From positions 1-29,571 of the IMG/VR virus record IMGVR_UViG_3300044733_002667: a stretch of DNA of 29,571 nucleotides. One strand, given 5' to 3'. The notes under the pieces were generated by a model. That model made no database searches. It was not told the origin of the DNA and saw only the letters and a list, made by a program, of their open reading frames with translations. Positions 23,312 to 29,571 of the stretch are shown here, one piece after another (the stretch's first letter is position 1; every line of letters starts with the position of its first letter). Origin of the DNA: a virus (lineage: Duplodnaviria; Caudoviricetes). A program made the position numbers and the translations under genes.

Positions 23312-25403
23312 CCAGCTTTCGTGTCTTGGAATATCCCAGCCGCCGTAGAATGTCGCCCACCATCATCTGATCCGCCCGGTTCTGCTGCCCCACTGGCTTC
23401 TGGATCGCCTCTTTCAGTAGGACTTCCGTGGTCAGTGGCCGCCCGGCATTCACTGGCGCTTTGATCCATTCCTGTACTGCCGCCATCCATGGCGACTCCG
23501 TCACGTAGTTCTCGTTCTCCTCTCTGACCTGCCGCAGCAGATGGACCGGCAAGAAGCTGCTCTCGCCCCTCCGGTATGCCTTCACCGCTGCGCACCAGAT
23601 CGCATCACGCTCACGTTGTAACCCTGCCGTATTGATCTGGTTATCCTCGCTCAAGGTCGTCGGGATGATCCAGAACCTACGGTTGCCCGTGTCATCGATC
23701 AGCAAGCCATCGGTCTTATTCACCGTTGCCACGATGATCCCACGCCGTGGGTGTTCCTCCACTGCTGCCCCATATGGTGCACGGAACAGGTCCCGCTGGG
23801 TCGTGATGAATGCCTTAATCTGTCCCGAATGGCCGCGGCTCATGATGTGGTCAAGCTCCGGCCATTCCATGATCCAGCTCCGATGCAGCTTCAGCTGCTC
23901 ATCAGTCAACTTCTGCAGCGTGCTCAACTGATCACTGAAGAATGGCCCACCCAGCACCTGCCAGAATGCTGACTTGCGTGCACCCTGGACACCAGCAATC
24001 ACGCAGCACGTGTCATGCTTGCAGCCTGGCTCCAATGCCCGCCGCACCGCACCGATCAAGGTGGCCTTAATCATCGCGTCATACAGGGTCGGTTCATTCA
24101 GGGCCGCATCTTCAGGCCGTAGGTAGGTCGTCGCCAGCTGGTCGATATAGGCCGGTTCTGCCGTGGCTTCAACGTGCTCAAGGTACATTCTCACCGGGTC
24201 GTATTTGTATTCCTTCGCGATCTCAACCAGGCAATCCTGCGCCATCTGTTTTTTGATCGTGTAGCCCATATCTGCCAGCTTCAGGTAGAACCGCTCGATC
24301 CCTTCAATCGCCTCGCCGTTCAGCTCAATCGTCTGATTAAAGGTGTTGTACCGCAACGTCTGCCCGTCCGATGCCTTCACCCGCAGCATCGCCAGCAGCA
24401 GCCCTGCATCCAGCGCCTTGGGTTCATCACTCGTTCGCCTGCGGATCAGCCCATCGAACTGTTTGCCCTCGACCGCTTGCGCTCCCCTCAGCCATTCCTC
24501 TGTCTGCGCCGTGCTCCAGTCCCGCGCATCGGCCAGGTCCCATCCCTCAGTGGCCTCCGGTGGTGGCCCGACCACCTGCACCCGGCACCCTTGACCCCGC
24601 AGCACGTCACCCACCGCGGCCATGGCGTTTCGGCCGTCCAGGTCGTTGTCTGGTGCCAGCCAGCAGTCACGGTTCCGCAGCGGCGACCAGTCGGCCTTGC
24701 CGTGACTCTTGGCCCCGTTCGACCACGTCACCACCACCCAGTCGGGCAATAGCTCACGCGCCGCGTCGGCGGTCTTCTCACCCTCGACCACCAGCACCGG
24801 CGCCTCAGGTCGTTCTGTGAGGTCTGGGAGGCCATAGAGCGGCCGTGGCGTGGGCCAATCGCAGCTGAACCCATCACGGCGCTTGTTCGGCCGGTGCCAG
24901 CCGCCATCAAGCCACACCACATGCGGATATGCCCTGGCGCCGTTGCTCAGCTCCAGCCGCAGAATCCAGAACAGGGGCGCTCCACTGGCGTCCCGGTAAC
25001 ACCAGCGGGCCGTAGCGCCACGATCCAGGGCCGGAGGCGGTGCATCGGCTGGTGGGCGCTCCGGTTGCCGCCATGGCGTCTCTGGGGCCTTGCGCGGGGC
25101 CTCTGGGGTGTCGGGAGTGTCAAGGTACCGGCCGACGTGTCTCAGGGCTTCCCGGGGCGTCCAGCCGCGCTTCCGGGCCAGCAGCTCAAGCCCTGACCCG
25201 CCACCACCGCGTTGGTCCTTCCCCCCGCATTGGTTGCAGAACCAGCTCCCGGTCCCTCCCTGGTCATCAAACCGAAACCGGTCCGTTCCCTCACACAGCG
25301 GGCACGGCCCATGCCGACCGCTCAGGTGCTTTTCCGTCAGGCCGCCAAGATCCGCCAGCACCTGAGGCCAGCGGCCTCGGGCGGCATCAATGATCGCCCC
25401 CAT
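23271..25403 (-). CDS. Primase-helicase: P4-alpha-type Zn-binding domain + TOPRIM + VirE/VapE-like ATPase
   Basis: HGPCPLCEGTDRFRFDD..WFCNQCG; VLVVEGEKTADAA..PDNDLDG; PGCKHD..GVQGARKS..FRAPYG..DDTGNRRFW. Confidence 0.92.
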   Translation of the reverse strand: MGAIIDAARGRWPQVLADLGGLTEKHLSGRHGPCPLCEGTDRFRFDDQGGTGSWFCNQCGGKDQRGGGGSGLELLARKRGWTPREALRHVGRYLDTPDTPEAPRKAPETPWRQPERPPADAPPPALDRGATARWCYRDASGAPLFWILRLELSNGARAYPHVVWLDGGWHRPNKRRDGFSCDWPTPRPLYGLPDLTERPEAPVLVVEGEKTADAARELLPDWVVVTWSNGAKSHGKADWSPLRNRDCWLAPDNDLDGRNAMAAVGDVLRGQGCRVQVVGPPPEATEGWDLADARDWSTAQTEEWLRGAQAVEGKQFDGLIRRRTSDEPKALDAGLLLAMLRVKASDGQTLRYNTFNQTIELNGEAIEGIERFYLKLADMGYTIKKQMAQDCLVEIAKEYKYDPVRMYLEHVEATAEPAYIDQLATTYLRPEDAALNEPTLYDAMIKATLIGAVRRALEPGCKHDTCCVIAGVQGARKSAFWQVLGGPFFSDQLSTLQKLTDEQLKLHRSWIMEWPELDHIMSRGHSGQIKAFITTQRDLFRAPYGAAVEEHPRRGIIVATVNKTDGLLIDDTGNRRFWIIPTTLSEDNQINTAGLQRERDAIWCAAVKAYRRGESSFLPVHLLRQVREENENYVTESPWMAAVQEWIKAPVNAGRPLTTEVLLKEAIQKPVGQQNRADQMMVGDILRRLGYSKTRKLVNGRRECHYTLDP

Positions 25404-25404
25404 C

Positions 25405-25554
25405 TCAGACCCGTGCGGGCTGCTGGTCCCTGTTCATGGCCTCCAGGATCGCGTCCCGAATGATCGCGCTCCGCGTCTGGCGCTTCTGCCGCGCCTTGGC
25501 CTCCGCCCATTCCAGGAAATCTAAGGGCAGCTTGATACTCACGTGCTGGTACAC
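25405..25554 (-). CDS. Ribbon-helix-helix (CopG-like) regulator
   Basis: HVSIKLPLDFLEWAEAKARQKRQTRSAIIRDAI. Start placed at GTG 25554, downstream of the predicted promoter. Confidence 0.75.
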   Translation of the reverse strand: MYQHVSIKLPLDFLEWAEAKARQKRQTRSAIIRDAILEAMNRDQQPARV

Positions 25555-25576
25555 AGGCGGTCGTCGGTGAGGACCC

Positions 25577-25604
25577 ACCGTAGCACTCCGGATCATTGCC
25601 GCAA
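25577..25604 (-). promoter_or_regulatory. Putative sigma70 promoter for the RHH and primase genes
   Basis: TTGCGG-16 bp-TACGGT with extended TGn. Confidence 0.45.
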
Positions 25605-25631
25605 CGGACAGGAGGCCTGCCACACCTGCCT

Positions 25632-25883
25632 TATTGAGAATGGACCTGAGGTATGGCAGCGCTGCCATGCCTGGCATACCTCTGGCATACCTACCCCATC
25701 GCTGAAAAGCCAGTCAGCGACTAGCGGCGTCAGACCTGCCATACCTACCATACCTATTTTCTAATCGGTGTTAAGGGGGGGGGTAAGGGTGTCAGGACAC
25801 GTATATAGGGGCGTGTAGGGGAATATAGGGGGAGGTATGGCTAGGTATGCCAGGTATGGCAGACGGGGGGGTGGTTCTCAATA
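25632..25883. repeat. Iteron cluster / putative replication origin
   Basis: CATACCT at 25675, 25686, 25740, 25749; AGGTATG at 25649, 25833, 25843, 25852; variant CATGCCT at 25666. The core has AT-rich patches and G tracts. Bounded by the inverted pair TATTGAGAA / TTCTCAATA. Confidence 0.7.
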
Positions 25884-25921
25884 GCGGCTGGCTACGCTGG
25901 GTGGGTTCACCAGACCACCGC

Positions 25922-26158
25922 ATGGCCCTCTTCCGCCTTCTCTGTGACCACGCCGGTTACCGCGTCACGCAACTGCCGATGACCGTCCCGGCGTTCGTGG
26001 TCGAGCACCGCCGCGATGGTGGCCGCTGCACCCTGGAGACCCTCGCCGTCTGGGAGCCGTCTCAGGGCCGCTGGAACCCACGCGCGATGGATCCGGCGAC
26101 GGCTGACCTGCCGCCCCTTGTCCTGGACTCCCTGCAGGCCGCTGTAGGCTGCGCTTAA
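25922..26158 (+). CDS. Hypothetical protein
   Basis: Start revised to ATG 25922 because the upstream extension lies within the iterons. Confidence 0.6.
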   Translation: MALFRLLCDHAGYRVTQLPMTVPAFVVEHRRDGGRCTLETLAVWEPSQGRWNPRAMDPATADLPPLVLDSLQAAVGCA

Positions 26159-26170
26159 CGATTACCGCCG

Positions 26171-26491
26171 ATGGGACAGATCGTTCCTGCTGATCTGCGT
26201 GATGATCACATCACCGCCATGGCAGACATGATCTGCCGTGGACTCAGCGGGCGTGAGTGCGTGAGGCACGCGTGCCAGGAGTGGGGTTACAGCCAGACGC
26301 TGGCGGGGTCGATGCTGCAGGCGGCACGATTGCAGATCTGCAACGACTGGGACATCCCACGACCGACGTATGCCGCGATTCAGCTGGCGCAACTGGAGAC
26401 GCTGCAGATGCAGGCGCGACGGGATGGCAATCTGATGGTGGCGCTGGGTTGCATCGACAAGGCCAGCGGTATTGCACGGACGAAGGCCTAG
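26171..26491 (+). CDS. Putative terminase small subunit
   Basis: 106 aa helical protein with an HTH-like N-terminal half (GLSGRECVRHACQEWGYS), upstream of TerL. Confidence 0.55.
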   Translation: MGQIVPADLRDDHITAMADMICRGLSGRECVRHACQEWGYSQTLAGSMLQAARLQICNDWDIPRPTYAAIQLAQLETLQMQARRDGNLMVALGCIDKASGIARTKA

Positions 26492-26516
26492 ACTGGTGGG
26501 GCACCGAACCACCGCC

Positions 26517-26723
26517 GTGGCGACTTTCGTTGAGCTGCTCGACACCATCATCGTCGATGAGCAGGAGGCCACCGTTGCCGAGATGATCGCTGCCCTCGCG
26601 GTCGCTCAGCACGCCCTGATCGTTGGCGCCTACGAGGACGACGACGACGAGGACGAGGTCTGCGAGGACGAGGACGACGACGACGAGGCCGAATCGCCCG
26701 CCTGTGGCCTCATGGCTGCCTGA
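26517..26723 (+). CDS. Small, highly acidic protein
   Basis: Probable GTG start at 26517; EDDDDEDEVCEDEDDDDE; TGATG-coupled to TerL. Confidence 0.6.
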   Translation: MATFVELLDTIIVDEQEATVAEMIAALAVAQHALIVGAYEDDDDEDEVCEDEDDDDEAESPACGLMAA

Positions 26724-28078
26724 TGGGGCTGCTCGATTGTCAAGATCCAGGCAGTCTCCTCGCATTTGATGAGGAGACTGCCTTTTTTGATGCTGATGCC
26801 ACCCTCGCGGCGATCATTGACGATCTGCACCCACGACAGCGGGACTTCGTTCAGGATTCGCAGGTCGAGATCCTCGGGTGTTCCGCAGGCTATGGCGCCG
26901 GCAAGACCCATGCGCTATGCGCCAAGGCGGTGGCCATGGCAATGCTCAACCCTGGCTTCCAGGGGGCCGTCCTGGAGCCCACAGGGCCGCTGATCCGGGA
27001 CATTTGGCTGCCGGAGTTCGACAGCTTCCTGGAGTCCTACGGCATCCCCTACACCTTCCGGTCGTCGCCCCTGCCGGAGTACGTGCTGATGCTGCCGGGC
27101 GGGGCCACCAAGATCCTGTGCCGGTCGTTTGAGAACTGGACCCGGATCATTGGTTTGAACCTCGCGTGGGTGCTGGCCGATGAGATCGACACCGTCGCGC
27201 CCAGCATTGCAGCGCGGGCCTTCCCAAAGATCCTCGGCCGCCTGCGGGCCGGTAACGTCCGTCAGTTCGCGGCAGCCTCGACACCGGAGGGCTTCCGGTG
27301 GATGTGGAAAACGTTTGCCTCAGATGAGGCAGAAGGTCGGGCCGATCGTCGCCTGGTGCGGATGCGCACGACCGACAATCCACACCTGCCGCCGGACTTC
27401 ATCGAGCGCCTGCAGGCCAACTACGACCCCAATCTGCTGCGGGCCTACCTCGACGGTGAGTTCGTCAACCTGACCGCCGGGATGGTCTACGACCGCTTCC
27501 GGCGGGACCTGCACGTCGTCGCATTCGACGAACCGGACCTGGACGATGAGGTCCTGCTGATGGGTTGCGACTTCAACATCGGCAACTGCAATGCGGTGTT
27601 GGCAGTCGAGCGCAAAGGGCAGCTGTGGGTCTGGGATGAGATCGCCGGTGCCCATGACACCGATGCCATGGGGCAGGAGATCCGCAGCCGCTACCCACGG
27701 GCGCAGATCCTCGGCCATCCTGACGCGTCAGGTGCGAACCGCTCGACCAATTCCAGCCGGTCGGATGTGGCGATCCTGCAGAGCTACGGGATCAGCAACC
27801 AGTCACCCGCGGCGAACCCTCCGATCCGGGACCGCGTCGCGGCCGTGCAGGCACTACTAGAGAACGGCCACGGCCAGACCCGCCTCTGGGTTCATCCGAG
27901 GTGCCGAAAGACGATCGAGAGCTTGGAGCTGCAGGCATACGACGACAAGGGGCTGCCGGATAAGGAGACCGGACACGACCACATGGCCGATGCGTTGGGC
28001 TATGTGGTGCACCGCCGGTATGCCGTGGAGCGCGGCAGTGCGGGGCGTGTGGTGCGAGGAATGCGAAGGGTGTACTAG
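26723..28078 (+). CDS. terL: Terminase large subunit
   Basis: LHPRQ, Walker A AGYGAGKT, Walker B VLADE, STPEG, DNPHLP, nuclease motifs GCDFN and DHMADALGY. Confidence 0.95.
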   Translation: MGLLDCQDPGSLLAFDEETAFFDADATLAAIIDDLHPRQRDFVQDSQVEILGCSAGYGAGKTHALCAKAVAMAMLNPGFQGAVLEPTGPLIRDIWLPEFDSFLESYGIPYTFRSSPLPEYVLMLPGGATKILCRSFENWTRIIGLNLAWVLADEIDTVAPSIAARAFPKILGRLRAGNVRQFAAASTPEGFRWMWKTFASDEAEGRADRRLVRMRTTDNPHLPPDFIERLQANYDPNLLRAYLDGEFVNLTAGMVYDRFRRDLHVVAFDEPDLDDEVLLMGCDFNIGNCNAVLAVERKGQLWVWDEIAGAHDTDAMGQEIRSRYPRAQILGHPDASGANRSTNSSRSDVAILQSYGISNQSPAANPPIRDRVAAVQALLENGHGQTRLWVHPRCRKTIESLELQAYDDKGLPDKETGHDHMADALGYVVHRRYAVERGSAGRVVRGMRRVY

Positions 28079-28100
28079 GTGGGCCGTCGTGGGTCTGCGG

Positions 28101-28109
28101 TGCTATGGT
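28101..28109 (+). promoter_or_regulatory. Extended -10 element (TGcTATGGT)
   Basis: Intergenic, 23 nt before ATG 28133; no clear -35. Confidence 0.4.
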
Positions 28110-28132
28110 GCTGGGGCGTTCACCAATGCACC

Positions 28133-28468
28133 ATGACCGAATGGATCACCGACCGCCTGCCGACGGCGGCGGATGCTGATGGGGAGGGAGAAGTGAGTAT
28201 CCGCCGCGGCCCTGAGCTTCTCGGATACATGCACTGGAGTTGCGTCGTCCCCGGCCAGCCGTGGTGGTCGGAAAGAGTCCCCCACGCCGCCCGCCCCACC
28301 CCGCCGCCTGCGCCGGCCCCGGCCCGCGTGGTGACGGCGCTTTGCAGTCACGAAGGCAGGCTCTACGCCGCTTGCGACGACGGCTCATTCTGGGAGGCTA
28401 CTGACAGCAAGCGTTGCGGCTGGCTGCGGCGCGACCAGATCCCCCAACCCGAGGCCCCCAATGCTTGA
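28133..28468 (+). CDS. Hypothetical protein (MTEWITDRLPT...)
   Basis: Start revised to ATG 28133; two modules joined by a PTPPPAPAP linker. Confidence 0.7.
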   Translation: MTEWITDRLPTAADADGEGEVSIRRGPELLGYMHWSCVVPGQPWWSERVPHAARPTPPPAPAPARVVTALCSHEGRLYAACDDGSFWEATDSKRCGWLRRDQIPQPEAPNA

Positions 28469-28634
28469 GATCTACGCCTGGGCCGGCGTCTTCACCGCGA
28501 TGAGCGTCGTGCGCCCCCATGAATGCCGCGAGCCCGGCGAATGGCTTGCCGCCTTGATCGCTGGGGCCGCCTGGCCCCTGGTGGTCGCCGTGCGCTTGAC
28601 CCGCTGGGTCCAACGCAACCGGAGGGTGGCATGA
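28461..28634 (+). CDS. Small membrane protein (57 aa), not in the ORF track
   Basis: MLEIYAWAGVFTAMSVVRPHECREPGEWLAALIAGAAWPLVVAVRLTRWVQRNRRVA*; overlaps both neighbouring genes. Confidence 0.6.
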   Translation: MLEIYAWAGVFTAMSVVRPHECREPGEWLAALIAGAAWPLVVAVRLTRWVQRNRRVA

Positions 28635-28774
28635 CCCCCCTCGACTGGGACAACGTCGCCGACTGCGCGTTGAAGCGTTGGCGGCAACCGTGGAGCCCGA
28701 GCAGCCGCTACGGCGATTATGAGTCGTGGCGTGCTGCGCTGGACCTGGCCGCCCTCCAGCAGCGGCGCAGGTGA
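28631..28774 (+). CDS. Small hypothetical protein (47 aa)
   Basis: GGAGG upstream and ATGA coupling; MTPLDWDNVAD... Confidence 0.55.
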   Translation: MTPLDWDNVADCALKRWRQPWSPSSRYGDYESWRAALDLAALQQRRR

Positions 28775-28812
28775 ACCGTATGCCTTAGAGTGACAACGTA
28801 CCACCATCCACC

Positions 28813-29571
28813 ATGGCCACCACCGACCAGATCACCGCCTACCGTCAATTCATCGCCAGCAAAGGCACCGCAGCTTCGTCCCATGGATTCAGCCCATCCA
28901 TGGACTGGTCCAATCTATTCCCACATCAACGCGCAACCCTTGAGTTCGCGTGCGAAAAGGGCCGATCTGCCGCCTTCCTGGACACTGGCCTTGGCAAGTC
29001 TCGCGTTGAGGCTGCTGCAGCCGCAGAGTTTAGTATTGCCAGCGGCAAGCCGTCACTGATCCTGACGCCGCTTGCCGTTGCGCGTCAGATGATGCGCGAA
29101 TGTGAATCGGCCGGCGTCGAATCGCGTATCGTGCGTGAACAGTCCGACGTCGGCACTGGCGTCAACATCGCCAATTATGAGCGGCTGCCAAAGCTCGACC
29201 CGTCAACATTTGGCGGTGTCGTGCTTGACGAATCCAGTATCTTAAAGAGCTTCACTGGCCCGACGAAGCGGATGCTATGCGACGCATTCAGCCAGACGCC
29301 ATACAGACTCGCGGCAACGGCAACGCCGGCGCCGAATGATCACATGGAGATCGGCCAGCATGCAGAGTTCCTTGGCATCATGCCTGGCCCTGAAATGCTG
29401 TCCCGATGGTTTATCTCGGATCAAACGACCATGGGCGGATATAGACTCAAGGGTCATGCGCAGGAGTCCTTCTGGGCATGGGTAGCCAGCTGGTCAAGGG
29501 CTGCGGCATTGCCGTCAGACCTTGGGGGTGATGACGAAGGATTCGTCCTGCCGCCGCTGTCTTACGAGATC
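28813..29571 (+). CDS. SNF2-like helicase, 5' partial (runs off the window; absent from the ORF track)
   Basis: MATTDQITAYRQFIASK..LFPHQ..FLDTGLGKS..ILTPLAV..NYERL..VVLDESSILK..AATATPAPND; open to the window end. Confidence 0.92.
   Translation, partial: MATTDQITAYRQFIASKGTAASSHGFSPSMDWSNLFPHQRATLEFACEKGRSAAFLDTGLGKSRVEAAAAAEFSIASGKPSLILTPLAVARQMMRECESAGVESRIVREQSDVGTGVNIANYERLPKLDPSTFGGVVLDESSILKSFTGPTKRMLCDAFSQTPYRLAATATPAPNDHMEIGQHAEFLGIMPGPEMLSRWFISDQTTMGGYRLKGHAQESFWAWVASWSRAAALPSDLGGDDEGFVLPPLSYEI

Larger units (their letters stand above)
1..29571. mobile_element. Tailed bacteriophage (or prophage) genome segment, probable cyanosiphovirus
   Basis: Tape measure, endolysin, TerL, primase-helicase, Sak/RecE/SSB and phage sigma factors are present. 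Genes are densely coupled by ATGA/TGATG overlaps. No host housekeeping genes, integrase, portal or capsid gene recognised in the window. Confidence 0.95.

Noticed and set aside
25632-25640. TATTGAGAA as a Fur-box half-site
   Set aside because: The two half-sites are about 235 bp apart rather than adjacent; insufficient support for Fur regulation.
25640-25860. CRISPR-like array
   Set aside because: The repeats are only 7-11 bp, in both orientations and irregularly spaced; no cas genes.

Overview
High-GC fragment of a tailed dsDNA phage (siphovirus-like). The host is most likely a picocyanobacterium (Cyanobium/Synechococcus), judged from the cyanobacterial-type group-2 sigma factor and the gene content. 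Layout: (i) + strand tail and lysis module at 24-13814, with tape measure, tail-tip genes, a displaced G/GT-type chaperone pair with an A_AAA_AAG -1 frameshift site, holin-like genes and a GH24 lysozyme + C39-peptidase endolysin; (ii) - strand early/middle region at 13768-21705, with two tandem sigma70-family factors, a mini RTX protein, a GIY-YIG nuclease, mosaic small genes, SSB, Xis-like HTH, Rad52/Sak and a RecE-like exonuclease; (iii) replication module with SF2 helicase, VRR-NUC, P4-alpha-like primase fused to a VirE/VapE helicase, an RHH regulator and an iteron-rich putative origin; (iv) terminase genes, small ORFs and a truncated SNF2-like helicase that is missing from the ORF track. 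The strongest non-coding signals are: a GGCAA(G/C/A)CTAG motif in front of seven late genes (candidate promoter for a phage sigma factor, possibly giving leaderless mRNAs); a conserved CGGCCCGCCGG..AGCC..ATCC(C)GGC hairpin and CCA-rich leaders between early genes; a 21-bp direct repeat flanking one early gene; and convergent CATACCT iterons. All functional calls rest on motif recognition by eye; no searches were run.
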